Assembly: GCA_030827475.1 (NCBI GenBank) | Contig: JAUREJ010000005.1 | Location: 2,128-66,127, forward strand | Length of the DNA stretch: 64,000 nt | From: Poseidonia sp. | GTDB taxonomy: Archaea; Thermoplasmatota; Poseidoniia; Poseidoniales; Poseidoniaceae | Direction of reading: 5' to 3' | Shown here: positions 48,456 through 58,594 of the stretch, piece by piece | Position numbering within the stretch: position 1 is the first letter of the stretch | Layout: every line of letters starts with the position of its first letter | Made by a program: the position numbers and the translations under genes | Notes under the pieces: model-generated | What the model saw: only the letters and a program-made list of their open reading frames with translations | The model's database searches: none | What the model was told of the DNA's origin: nothing

Positions 48456-49481
48456 ATGGCGAAAGATGTGTTGTATATCGGAATTGACTTGGGAACCTTC
48501 CGCTCAGTGATGGTTTCTTCTGACAGCCACGAAGTTGAAGAATTGACCGTGATTGGAACACCGAAAGACCCCATTGCTCGAAATTTCTTGAAGCGCGATG
48601 TTCTCTTTGGGGAAGAAGCACTCAAAAACCGACTTGCACTCAACCTTTTCCGACCCTTGGAACTCGGAGTCATCAAGGACACGCCCGAAGACAGAGAATT
48701 CATTGCTCACTTCATCACCCATTTGATTGGTCTTTCCGACCCTGAAGAGTACGACCGCGTGGTCGCTGTTATCGGTGCTCCTGCCGAAGCAAGCCACGTC
48801 GACAAAACCGCCATCTTTGACGCAGCAGCGGGTTCTGTTAACTCCGCTATGATCATCTCCGAACCATTTGCCGTCGCTTACGCTCTTGACATGATTACCC
48901 ATACGCTGGTCATTGACATCGGTGCTGGAACGACTGACCTTTGCCGCGTCTACGGGACCATTCCAGGACCCGGTGACCAAATGCACACCGGTCATGCCGG
49001 TGACTACGTCGACAACCAACTGATCAAAGAAATCCAATCCAAGTACAACGGCGCACAAATCACCAAGGACATGGCTCGACGCTGGAAGGAAGCCTACTCG
49101 TTCGTATCGACGGCAACTCCCGATGAGCCTGTTCTCGTGGACTTTTCCATTGAAGGAAAGGCCATGACCCTCGACATCACAGACTGCATGCAGCGTGCTT
49201 GTGAATCCATCGTTGACCCCATTGTAGAGAACGTCAAGAAACTCATTGCTGGTTCTAACCCTGAATACCACGATGAGTTCCGCAAGAACATGGTTCTCGC
49301 CGGTGGCGGTTCTTCCATCAGGGGCCTCGGTGCCCTCATTGAGCGCCGTCTCTCTGACATGGGCGACGTCAACGTTCACGTTGTCGACGATCCTGTTCGC
49401 TTGGGCGCCATGGGCGGTCTCCGCCTCGCCATGGAAGTACCCGAAGAGATGTGGAAAAACCTCACGCTCGCTTCACGCTGA
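48456..49481 (+). CDS. Actin-like ATPase, MamK/salactin-like
   Basis: GIDLGT (phosphate 1), ISEPFAVAY (connect 1), VIDIGAGTTD (phosphate 2) and VLAGGGS (adenosine). GGTGAG RBS. Confidence 0.9.
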   Translation: MAKDVLYIGIDLGTFRSVMVSSDSHEVEELTVIGTPKDPIARNFLKRDVLFGEEALKNRLALNLFRPLELGVIKDTPEDREFIAHFITHLIGLSDPEEYDRVVAVIGAPAEASHVDKTAIFDAAAGSVNSAMIISEPFAVAYALDMITHTLVIDIGAGTTDLCRVYGTIPGPGDQMHTGHAGDYVDNQLIKEIQSKYNGAQITKDMARRWKEAYSFVSTATPDEPVLVDFSIEGKAMTLDITDCMQRACESIVDPIVENVKKLIAGSNPEYHDEFRKNMVLAGGGSSIRGLGALIERRLSDMGDVNVHVVDDPVRLGAMGGLRLAMEVPEEMWKNLTLASR

Positions 49482-49691
49482 TTTCTTGAGTCATGCCTAA
49501 GATGATAACATCGTCCATCGAAACCAAGGCTCTGTTCATCAGGCCATTTTCTTGAGAGGAGTGCTCGAGGCACACCGCTTGGAATTCTCTGATCTTTCGG
49601 TCAATTTGTCATCCGGAACAGGTGTGGTTCCCTCTCTGTGCATGCAAGTGGGCTCGGCAAACCGTTGGAATCCTGTACGCAGGGCTTGTGT

Positions 49692-50351
49692 TCAAGCGTT
49701 GCCGGCTCTCTCGACTTCAGCCCAGTCTCGCATAAAGCCCTCAAGACCCTTGTCGGTGAGGGGGTGGCTCATGAGTTGTCGGAAGGTCTTCGCAGGCATC
49801 GTGGCCGTATGCGCACCGAGTTGGATGCATTGCAGGACATGCGTGGGGTGGCGGATTGATGCTGCGAGCACCTTGGTGTTGAGGTCGTAGTTTGCCCACG
49901 TGTTCATGATCTCTGCAATGAGTTCCATACCGTCGTGTCCTGTATCATCGATTCGTCCAATAAAGGGTGAAACATAGGTCGCACCGGCTTTCGCAGCCAT
50001 GAGGGCTTGAGCGGCTGAGAAAATGAGGGTCACGTTTGTATCAATGCCCTCTTCGGAGAGAATTTTCGTTGCAGCAAGCCCTTCGGGTGTACAGGGGATT
50101 TTGATGATCACATTGGGAGGCAATTCGTCCTTCAATGCCCTACCTTGCTGAACCATTCCCTCGGTGTCCATGGCCGTCACCTCAGCGGATATCGGGCCTG
50201 AACAAATCCCGGCAATTTCTCGGACGACCTCTTTGAAGTCGCGGCCTGATTTTTTGATCAGCGAGGGGTTGGTCGTCACACCATCGAGGATTCCCCAGGC
50301 GGCGATTTCTCGAATTTCATCCACATCTGCAGTATCAAGGAAGAACTCCAT
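49692..50351 (-). CDS. tal: Transaldolase / fructose-6-phosphate aldolase (TalC family)
   Basis: [36 protein letters not shown] and AASIRHP motifs. Confidence 0.95.
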   Translation of the reverse strand: MEFFLDTADVDEIREIAAWGILDGVTTNPSLIKKSGRDFKEVVREIAGICSGPISAEVTAMDTEGMVQQGRALKDELPPNVIIKIPCTPEGLAATKILSEEGIDTNVTLIFSAAQALMAAKAGATYVSPFIGRIDDTGHDGMELIAEIMNTWANYDLNTKVLAASIRHPTHVLQCIQLGAHTATMPAKTFRQLMSHPLTDKGLEGFMRDWAEVERAGNA

Positions 50352-50408
50352 GATACCTGTTCCTCCAAGGGATTCTATGAACTCTCCCCTGTGGTCGACC
50401 ATCACGGA

Positions 50409-51347
50409 TTAGGCCTTTCGAGCGATGGCCCGCTTGGCAGCAGCTGCGATAAAAGGTGCTGAAATTTCCATGACTTCGAGCATTTCATCGGATTGTCCTG
50501 ACTCACCGAATCGGTCCTTGACGCCGACGCGCTCAAGTGGAGCATACGTGTTAGCGGTGAGGTGCTCTGCAACCGCTCCTCCAAGGCCTCCGATGACGTT
50601 GTGGTCCTCTGCCGTCACCAAGGCACCGCACGTTAAGACAAGGTTGTCGATAAGGGGGCCGTCCAGTGGCTTGAGGGTGTGCATGTCGACAACGCTCGCT
50701 TGGATGCCTTCTGCTTGAAGGCTTTCAGCGGCCTTGAGGGCTTCCGAGACCATCACACCGCAAGCAATGATGGCAACATCGCTTCCTTCTTTGAGCACGA
50801 TTCCCTTTCCGATTTCAATTTCGTTTTCCCGACCTTCGTACAGAACGGGTGTTTTGTTGCGTGCTGTCCTCATGTACGATGGCGAAGCCTTGTCAGCGAG
50901 TTGAATCGTAAGTTGCTTGGTGGAAACAACATCGCTTGGATTCATCACGATAACGTTGGGAAGAGTGCGGTAAATCGCCAGGTCTTCGATGGATTGCGCC
51001 GATGATCCGTCCGTTCCCGTGTGCGTCCCTCCGTGGCTCCCGCAAACGTGGACAGCAAGGTTTGGTCGAGCAACACCGTTTCTCATTTGTTCAAAGGCAC
51101 GTTCGGTAAAAATTGCAAAAGTGCTCGCAAAGGGAATGTATCCTGAGGCTGCAAGTCCTGCACCGATCAGCAACATGTTCTGTTCGCCAATGCCACAGGA
51201 AACGGTCCTCTCCGGGTGTGCCTTTCGAAAGTGAAGCGATTTTGTGGATTTCCCGAGATCGGCTTCAAGAACGACAACTTTGGGGTTATTGGCCAGTTCG
51301 AGAAGCGCCTCGCCGTACCCGTCACGCGTTGCTGCCATCTTGGTCAT
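50409..51347 (-). CDS. Transketolase, C-terminal subunit
   Basis: LEADLGKST, GIGEQNM, MHTLKPLD and EDHNVIGGLG motifs. Confidence 0.94.
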   Translation of the reverse strand: MTKMAATRDGYGEALLELANNPKVVVLEADLGKSTKSLHFRKAHPERTVSCGIGEQNMLLIGAGLAASGYIPFASTFAIFTERAFEQMRNGVARPNLAVHVCGSHGGTHTGTDGSSAQSIEDLAIYRTLPNVIVMNPSDVVSTKQLTIQLADKASPSYMRTARNKTPVLYEGRENEIEIGKGIVLKEGSDVAIIACGVMVSEALKAAESLQAEGIQASVVDMHTLKPLDGPLIDNLVLTCGALVTAEDHNVIGGLGGAVAEHLTANTYAPLERVGVKDRFGESGQSDEMLEVMEISAPFIAAAAKRAIARKA

Positions 51348-52168
51348 GCGCCCACCTCACCAAGTTCTTGCATGGCCAATGCATACTGTTCGTCGTTTGG
51401 AGCTGCACCGTGGAAGGCGGGGTTGTCCGCCATGAACGAGACACCGTGGCCTTTCACGGTGTGGGCAATCAAAATCGAAGGGCCGCTGTTCGTTGTCGAC
51501 AGGAATTGCATTCCATCCACGATCTCTTCCATATTGTGGCCGTCAATTTCTTTCACGTTCCATCCAAACGCCTTCCATTTCGCTGGAATGTCAAACATGC
51601 GCATTTGGGCTTCACAGAAGTCGTCGTTTTGTATTCGGTTCCGGTCCAAAATGACGTTAAGGTTGCCGAGTTCATGGTGTGCTGCCGCCATGGCCGCCTC
51701 CCAAACGCTTCCTTCCTGAAGTTCCCCGTCACCGAGCATGACGTAGACTTGGCGTTCACTTTCCTCAAGACGTCCGGCGATGGCAGCCCCCAAGCCGAAG
51801 GAGAGACCCATTCCGAGCGAACCTGCTGAGAAATCAACGCCTGGGCACCATTTCATGTCGACGTGACCCTGGCAGATGCCTCCGAGGACCCGATAAGATG
51901 TCAAATCCTCCTCTGAGATGAATCCCATTTCTGCGAGGATTGCATACATTCCAGGCGAAGCATGCCCCTTTGAGAGGATGAACCGGTCGCGGTCTTCCCA
52001 ACGTGGATCCGATGGGCGAACGCGGAGGGTCGTTTTGTAGAGTGCAACGAGCAAATCGATTTCAGAAAGTGAACCGCCAGGGTGACCGGCTTGTGCCCGA
52101 TGAACCATGTTCACGATATGGACGCGACAACGCCGGGCGAGTTCTCTTAATTCATCTGGACTTGTCAT
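51344..52168 (-). CDS. Transketolase, N-terminal subunit
   Basis: GHPGGSLS, DRFILSKGHA, GSLG, GDGELQEG and HTVKG motifs. Confidence 0.95.
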   Translation of the reverse strand: MTSPDELRELARRCRVHIVNMVHRAQAGHPGGSLSEIDLLVALYKTTLRVRPSDPRWEDRDRFILSKGHASPGMYAILAEMGFISEEDLTSYRVLGGICQGHVDMKWCPGVDFSAGSLGMGLSFGLGAAIAGRLEESERQVYVMLGDGELQEGSVWEAAMAAAHHELGNLNVILDRNRIQNDDFCEAQMRMFDIPAKWKAFGWNVKEIDGHNMEEIVDGMQFLSTTNSGPSILIAHTVKGHGVSFMADNPAFHGAAPNDEQYALAMQELGEVGA

Positions 52169-52243
52169 GGGACCACTTGCCCCAACGGCTTCATGGATGG
52201 CCTTTGATGGTTGTGCCTGCGGCCGCTCATGGTTCGGGATGCA

Positions 52244-54289
52244 TCAGCGACGTTTTGGCTGCAAAGCATCGATGAGGTTTCGTACAGCGTCGGCCGTCAC
52301 CATCACGGCATCGCCTGCGAGGGTGCCGCCTTTGGGCAACGCCCTCGATGCGAGCCAGATAAACACGGCAACAAACCATGCAAAGAATACAAGCGAGAAG
52401 ACGTTGTTGAGGGTCACGATGCCAAAAATTTCGGGGAGGTCGATTTTTGCGACGATCAAAACGGCGATGAGGACCCCCATGATCGACTCTCCAGCAATGA
52501 AACCGGCCCCGATGAGCACGCCCCTGTTCTCCACTTCCTTCGCGGCTTCAACGGCACGGGGTGAGGGTTCGGCTCTCAATACACCGTCAACCCGAAGATG
52601 AGCGCTCCTCAACAGGACGTGAGAGATGATACCACCCGCCATGATAGGTACGGAGAGGCCAAGCGGGAGGTAGATTCCAATGGCGACGCTCATCACCGGC
52701 ATGTTAAGCCGAATCAGGGCCACAGCGATTGCAGCACCGAGGACGACCATCTGAATGTTGAGGTCGCCTCCAAAAGCGCCCTGGACGATGGCGCCAATCA
52801 ATTCAGCCTGCGGTGCAAAAAGGGCCTTGGAACAGGTGGGGTCGCCAGGGAGCGGGTTCATCTGGCAAGCTGTTTGTGAAATTCGAAAAGCATCGTGGAG
52901 CAGCGACAAGACGGGGCCGATGACCACGGCGCCGGTAAGGACGCCGATGATTTCGGCAGTTTGCTGTCGTTTTGGGGTCGCCCCAAGCATGTGACCGGTT
53001 TTCAAGTCCTGCATGACATCGCCAGCGATAGCAGCACTTGAGGCCACGATAGCAGCGATGAGCAAGGTGGCGTACATGAGGTCTTGGCGAGCCATCCCTA
53101 ACATCACATCGCCGACGATGTAGACCAAGCCGACCGTGAACAAGAGCGTTGCAATGGTCATCCCCGAAACGGGCGAATTGGATGAGCCAACAACTCCAGC
53201 AATGTACCCCGCAACGGCTGCGAAAAAGAAGGCGACAAATGCCAAAAACAGTGCGCCCGCTAGAGCGAGGACAAAGGATTCGGTTGCCCACCAGTAAAAG
53301 AAGAACGTGAGGCCGACCAATGCTGCACAGGCCATGAACACGATGTTCATTGAAATATCTTGTTCGGTTCGAGGGAGTGCAGTCTCGTTTTCTCCACTCT
53401 TCACGAAGGCCTTTGAGAGGCCGGTGATGATGGTCTTCCTCATTGACCAGAGGGTATAGACGCCCCCGACAACCATCGCTCCAACGCCGACATACCGAAT
53501 TTGGGTTGACCAAATGCTGTAAAATCCATCGACGAGAGAATCGGTTGCAGGCCACCCGTAGATGAGGCCGTACATGGGGACGAGAAGGCCAAAACCAAGC
53601 ACGCCCCCAAAGAAGATGAACGATGCGATTCGAATCCCGACGATGTAGCCCACCGAGAGAAGGGCGATGGAAAGGTCCATGCCCGCATAAAGTCGAGTTG
53701 AAACAAACGAGAAGGCTCCTTCCACGGTGTGGTGTGTTACTTCAAACCCCTTTACCATCAAGCCGTAAACGCCACCAATGGCCAGTGCATAGAGAATGGC
53801 GAGTGCCCCTTCGCCCCCTTCTTCCCCGGCAACCAAGACCTCTCTGCAAGCCACGCCTTCCGGATATGGCAACGCTTCTTCAACGATGAAAAGACGACGC
53901 AGTGCAATGGTGAACATGGTTCCGAGCAATCCTCCAAGGGTTGCAATGATCAGCGTCTCCATCCATTGGATGCTCGTCCAGAGGTTCATGACCAGCAAGG
54001 CGGGAACCGTGAAAATCACCCCTGCTGCCAGCGATTCTCCTGCAGAAGCCATGGTTTGAACGGCGTTGTTTTCAAGGATGGAGACGTCTTTGAACATCGA
54101 CCGGAGAATGATCATCGACATGACTGCTGCGGGAATGCTGGCTGAAACGGTCATGCCCGCATAGAGTCCTAGGTAGGCGTTTGCCGCTGTCATCAATACG
54201 CCAAGGACGATTCCCACGCCAATGACCCGGCCCGTCAGTTCGAGCGGTGATTCATCCGCAGGGATGTAGGGCTCTTGCGCACCGCTCAT
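52244..54289 (-). CDS. OPT-family oligopeptide transporter
   Basis: ANAYLGLYAGMTVSASIPAAV, ENNAVQT, LPYPEG, NSPVSG, MQDLKTG and APQA motifs. Confidence 0.94.
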   Translation of the reverse strand: MSGAQEPYIPADESPLELTGRVIGVGIVLGVLMTAANAYLGLYAGMTVSASIPAAVMSMIILRSMFKDVSILENNAVQTMASAGESLAAGVIFTVPALLVMNLWTSIQWMETLIIATLGGLLGTMFTIALRRLFIVEEALPYPEGVACREVLVAGEEGGEGALAILYALAIGGVYGLMVKGFEVTHHTVEGAFSFVSTRLYAGMDLSIALLSVGYIVGIRIASFIFFGGVLGFGLLVPMYGLIYGWPATDSLVDGFYSIWSTQIRYVGVGAMVVGGVYTLWSMRKTIITGLSKAFVKSGENETALPRTEQDISMNIVFMACAALVGLTFFFYWWATESFVLALAGALFLAFVAFFFAAVAGYIAGVVGSSNSPVSGMTIATLLFTVGLVYIVGDVMLGMARQDLMYATLLIAAIVASSAAIAGDVMQDLKTGHMLGATPKRQQTAEIIGVLTGAVVIGPVLSLLHDAFRISQTACQMNPLPGDPTCSKALFAPQAELIGAIVQGAFGGDLNIQMVVLGAAIAVALIRLNMPVMSVAIGIYLPLGLSVPIMAGGIISHVLLRSAHLRVDGVLRAEPSPRAVEAAKEVENRGVLIGAGFIAGESIMGVLIAVLIVAKIDLPEIFGIVTLNNVFSLVFFAWFVAVFIWLASRALPKGGTLAGDAVMVTADAVRNLIDALQPKRR

Positions 54290-54448
54290 GCTCGGGCCAT
54301 GTCAAAGAGGTAGGTATAGCCTGCGATGAGCGTCGAATGAAAATATAGAGTCTTTGGTGGGTGCCCCATCCTGCCATATAATAGAGGGGCCGTGTGAGCA
54401 GGGAGTGGTTTTGGTGCAAGCCATGGCCGCAGGTGAGCGTTTATGAAC

Positions 54449-57331
54449 ATGGAGTGGCACACCCTTTCCCCGGAGGACAGCATCGCCCGACAAGACAGTT
54501 CCATCGAGGGTATCTCAATGGAGGAAGTTCAAACTCGAACGAAACGTTACGGGTTCAACAAACTCGCAGAACCTGAGAAAACACCAGCATTTTTACGGTT
54601 CATTTCTCAGTACAACGACCCCTTAAATTACCTCCTTATTGGTGCTGCTTTGGTGGCACTCGCCATCCATCCTGATCAGCCCGGTGATGCGATTTTCATT
54701 TTTATTGTGCTCACGGCCAATGCTTTTTTTGGTTTCTGGCAGGAAGGTCAAGCCGAGCAAGCGATGGACTCCTTGAAACAGATGTCCGTCTCGACATGTG
54801 TGGTCATACGCGGAACTTTTGAAAGTGAAATTCCTACTCCTGAGTTGGTTCCAGGGGACATCGTTTGTTTGGAACAAGGCCTCAATGTTCCAGCTGATGT
54901 CCGCATGATTCGTTCGTTGCAGTGTAAAATTGACGAATCAGCACTGACCGGTGAATCCCTCACGGTTCGTAAGACAGTTGACGCATTGCCTGCAGGAACC
55001 GTGCTCGCAGAGCGGACCAACATGGCGTACATGGGCACCACCGTGTCGTCGGGTCGTGGTTTGGGTTTGGTGATTGGCACTGGAATGAACACTGAACTCG
55101 GAAAAATTGCACAAAATCTTGCCGAAAGCACGACGCCGAAAACACCGCTGGAATTGAAACTCGAAAGTCTCGGTCGTTTTCTGGGTTTCATTGCCCTCGT
55201 CGTCGCCGTTTTGTTGGTGAGTCTAAACCTGATCGTATCCTACGGTCGACCCGGTGTCGATCTCAAGGAGGTCGCAGTCCAGCAATTCATTGTCGCCATT
55301 GCCATCTTCGTTGCCATTGTACCCGAAGGCCTCCCCATTATTTTGGTCATCACCTTGTCTCTTGGAATGCGAAACATGGCTCGTCATAAAGCCATCATCC
55401 GTCGTATGAAGGCGGTCGAAACGCTCGGGTCAACCACCGTTATCTGCTCTGATAAAACGGGGACGTTGACAAAAAACCAGATGACGGTTCGTCAAATCTT
55501 CACCCTCGACGAAGACTTCGGCGTTTCCGGGGAGGGATTCAAGCCCGATGGGAATTTAGTACGCCACGGCATAGAACTTTCCGATGACGACCTTCAAGCC
55601 CATCAGTCCGACATGGGTTTTCGTCTGCTGAGCGCATGTTTGTCTCTCTGTCACAATTCAACCATCGCAAAAACGGATGGACTCTGGCAGGCGATTGGTG
55701 ATCCTACGGATTCAGCCTGCGCTGTTGCCGGATGGAAAATCAACGGAGACGTCAAGAAATTTGCTCATCGGCACCCGAGGATCAATGAATTCTTTTTTGA
55801 TTCAACTCGCAAACGCATGAGCGTTCTTCACGAATACCAAGGGAGCCGATGGGTGTTTTCCAAAGGCAGCGTAGAAGGCTATGCTGATTTGATGACCTCG
55901 AAAATCGTGCACAACGAAGTGGTGCCGTTAACGAAAGACGACCACACCTCAATTCGGGATATGAACGAAACCATGGGTGGGAAGGCCATGCGTGTTATCG
56001 GTTTGTTCGCCCGTCCTTTTGGTGAGGATGAGGACATGAACGATGTGAAAACCATTGAATCGAACTTGGTCTTCCTCGGACTGATTGGCATCATGGACCC
56101 GCCTCGCCCTGAAGTGAAAGACGCCATTGCAACCTGTCAACGCGCAGGAATCAAAGTGAAAATGATCACCGGCGACCAACAAATGACGGCCGCAGCCATC
56201 GGCAGGGAGTTGGACATCAAATCGGGCACGCTCGGTACACTTGACGGTCAAAGCCTCTCCGAGATGTCGGACGAAGAATTGATCAACGTTTCAGCCAACG
56301 TTTCGATTTACGCCCGCGTCACTCCCGACCAAAAAATGCGCATTGTTTCGTCGCTTCAGGCCCAAGGTGAAATCGTGGCCATGACCGGTGACGGCGTGAA
56401 CGACGCACCTGCGCTTTCAGGGGCAAACATTGGTGTGGCCATGGGCATATCCGGAACGGATGTTGCAAAGGATGCGGCCGACATGGTGCTGCAGGATGAT
56501 AACTTTGCAAACATTGTCCATGCCGTGGAAGAAGGTCGAAAAATCTACCAGAACATTCGGAATTTTGTTCGCTATCAGGTGTCCACCAACGTGGCTGCCG
56601 TCTTACTCTTGGTCCTCGCCACCGTGCTCTTCGGCCCTGAATCCATACCGTTAACGGCAACACAGATTCTTGTGATCAACATCTTGATGGACGGTCCGCC
56701 TGCGGTGGCATTGGGCGTTGAAAAGAAACACGGTAACGTCATGAATCAACCTCCGAGGCCGGTAGACGAAGGTTTACCGAACGGAAAAGATATTTCATTG
56801 ATTTTTTACCTCGGAATCGTCATGGTCACGGGCACACTCGCCATCTTTTATCTCGCAGGTGGAGGCTTAGCTGAATGCGAAATGCTGCCAACGGAAACAA
56901 CAACCACGGCCTTTGACGTCGTAGCCTGTAACGCTGGAGATGTTGAGGAGTTGAACAAATGGCAGGTTTACGCTGACGGCCATTTCGCTCATGCCCAAAC
57001 CATGACCTTCTCGGTGTTCATCGTCTTCCAATTGTTCAATGTGCTGAATTGCCGCTCAAACGATCAATCCGTTTTCGAGTTGGGGCTGTTTTCCAATCGT
57101 GCCATCAACCTCGCCTTGTTGATCTCCGGTGGGTTGTTGCTCTTCTTCGTCCAGCTGGCCGATGCATCGATCCCGCTGGTTGGTATACAGGTGGGCAATT
57201 TGCTCTCAACAACCACCCTTTCCGCAAACGATTGGACTGTCGTGGTCCTCGTTGCTTCCGGTGTTTTCATCATCGAGGAGTTCAGGAAATTACTCGTGAA
57301 ATCAAAGTTCTTTTCGGTTCGGGCACCCTGA
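54449..57331 (+). CDS. P-type IIA cation-transporting ATPase (Ca2+/Mn2+, SPCA/PMR1-like)
   Basis: LTGES, VPEGLP, CSDKTGTLT, DPPR, MITGD and GDGVNDAP motifs. M6 reads INILMDGPPA. Confidence 0.93.
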   Translation: MEWHTLSPEDSIARQDSSIEGISMEEVQTRTKRYGFNKLAEPEKTPAFLRFISQYNDPLNYLLIGAALVALAIHPDQPGDAIFIFIVLTANAFFGFWQEGQAEQAMDSLKQMSVSTCVVIRGTFESEIPTPELVPGDIVCLEQGLNVPADVRMIRSLQCKIDESALTGESLTVRKTVDALPAGTVLAERTNMAYMGTTVSSGRGLGLVIGTGMNTELGKIAQNLAESTTPKTPLELKLESLGRFLGFIALVVAVLLVSLNLIVSYGRPGVDLKEVAVQQFIVAIAIFVAIVPEGLPIILVITLSLGMRNMARHKAIIRRMKAVETLGSTTVICSDKTGTLTKNQMTVRQIFTLDEDFGVSGEGFKPDGNLVRHGIELSDDDLQAHQSDMGFRLLSACLSLCHNSTIAKTDGLWQAIGDPTDSACAVAGWKINGDVKKFAHRHPRINEFFFDSTRKRMSVLHEYQGSRWVFSKGSVEGYADLMTSKIVHNEVVPLTKDDHTSIRDMNETMGGKAMRVIGLFARPFGEDEDMNDVKTIESNLVFLGLIGIMDPPRPEVKDAIATCQRAGIKVKMITGDQQMTAAAIGRELDIKSGTLGTLDGQSLSEMSDEELINVSANVSIYARVTPDQKMRIVSSLQAQGEIVAMTGDGVNDAPALSGANIGVAMGISGTDVAKDAADMVLQDDNFANIVHAVEEGRKIYQNIRNFVRYQVSTNVAAVLLLVLATVLFGPESIPLTATQILVINILMDGPPAVALGVEKKHGNVMNQPPRPVDEGLPNGKDISLIFYLGIVMVTGTLAIFYLAGGGLAECEMLPTETTTTAFDVVACNAGDVEELNKWQVYADGHFAHAQTMTFSVFIVFQLFNVLNCRSNDQSVFELGLFSNRAINLALLISGGLLLFFVQLADASIPLVGIQVGNLLSTTTLSANDWTVVVLVASGVFIIEEFRKLLVKSKFFSVRAP

Positions 57332-57376
57332 CGGTGGGAAGCACATCTTCATGAACACCGGCATGGTGAGGGAACC

Positions 57377-58585
57377 ATGCAAGCCTTGGAGATGCCTCAA
57401 CCGCTCGCTGGGGAATCCCCAGACTGGTTGGCACGGCTCAACGATTTCTTGGAGGGGCATGGGCGCTGGTCTGGTGAATTACAGGCCATTGTCAATAAAT
57501 TAAAAGACAACATGCCCCTTTCCCACGAGGACGGTTTGACACTTTATCACCATCCGAACCTTCCAGAAATTGGTGCGCTCGCAGATGCGGTTCGTACAGC
57601 GAGATTTGGACGACAGACTTTTTTCAACTCAAACGTCCACATCAATCAAACCAACATCTGTGTTCTTGCCTGCCGCTTTTGCGCCTTTCGTCGAGGACCA
57701 AAAGCCAAGGATGCTTACGCCATGACCGTTGACGAGTATGTAGAGGACCTTGGGAAATATGCGCACGCTGTGGATGAAGTCCATTCCGTGGGAGGACTTC
57801 ATCCGGATTGGGATGTTTCCCACTACGAAACGATGTTTCGAAAAACTCAATCTGCACACCCCCACGTGTCCATCAAAGCCCTGACTGCAGTTGAGATCAA
57901 ACATCTTGCTGAACGTTCTCAAATCACAACCAAAACGGTTCTCCAACGGTTGAAGCACGCAGGCCTTTCCTCGTTGCCTGGGGGCGGTGCAGAAATCCTC
58001 GATGATGACGTGAGAGCGGTCATCTGCAATGGAAAGGAGAGTTCCGAGGAATACCTTCGTATCCATAGAGAGGCTCATGAAATTGGGTTGCCGTCCAATT
58101 GCACGATGCTTTTTGGAACCGTTGAAACACTTGACCAGCGTATCCAACATATGATCTCTCTTCGTGAACTTCAATCACAGACATTTGGGTTCCAATGCTT
58201 CGTCCCCTACCCTTTTTTGCCTGACCACACCCGCCTTCCAGAAGCCCAACTCGCAACCGGAACCGAAATCTTGCGTACCATTGCTGTCTCTCGTCTTCTC
58301 CTTAACAACATCCCCCACATCAAGGCCTACCGGATGAACATCGGGGATCATGTGGCCGAACTCGCCCTTCAATACGGCGCAGATGACATTGACGGAACCG
58401 TCCAAAAAGAGTCGATTATGCACCTTGCCGGTTCAACAGCACCTCTCGATCATGACCGTTCCCGTCTTGCACGACTCATCCGCAATGCTGGTTGCGAACC
58501 CGTGCAGCGAAACACCGTGTACTCAACGTTCACGCCTTATACGGATCCAGAACCAACCCATCGCCGGCTTCGGATGGCACAATGA
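57377..58585 (+). CDS. mqnE: Radical SAM aminofutalosine synthase (MqnE, CofH/MqnC family)
   Basis: TNICVLACRFCAF, PGGGAEI, IAVSRLLLNNIPHIKAY and YGADDIDGT motifs. Clustered with mqnA and mqnD. Confidence 0.82.
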   Translation: MQALEMPQPLAGESPDWLARLNDFLEGHGRWSGELQAIVNKLKDNMPLSHEDGLTLYHHPNLPEIGALADAVRTARFGRQTFFNSNVHINQTNICVLACRFCAFRRGPKAKDAYAMTVDEYVEDLGKYAHAVDEVHSVGGLHPDWDVSHYETMFRKTQSAHPHVSIKALTAVEIKHLAERSQITTKTVLQRLKHAGLSSLPGGGAEILDDDVRAVICNGKESSEEYLRIHREAHEIGLPSNCTMLFGTVETLDQRIQHMISLRELQSQTFGFQCFVPYPFLPDHTRLPEAQLATGTEILRTIAVSRLLLNNIPHIKAYRMNIGDHVAELALQYGADDIDGTVQKESIMHLAGSTAPLDHDRSRLARLIRNAGCEPVQRNTVYSTFTPYTDPEPTHRRLRMAQ

Positions 58586-58594
58586 GGTCGTCCG

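Noticed and set aside
48456..49481. Magnetosome gene cluster
   Set aside because: No mamA/B/E/M/Q-like genes are nearby. A MamK-like actin alone does not imply magnetotaxis.
49482..49691. Possible long hairpin between the actin and transaldolase genes (GAGAGG/CCTCTC, CACACC/GGTGTG, TGATC/GGTCA)
   Set aside because: The stems are only 5-6 bp with large internal loops and could arise by chance. At most a terminator region for convergent genes.
27758..50412. Long antisense ORFs opposite psmA, rrp41, EF-2, ipk and the actin (e.g. 27758-28480, 30025-30675, 38717-39373, 43145-43885, 48504-49379)
   Set aside because: They mirror well-supported genes, as expected from codon bias, and have no recognisable motifs.
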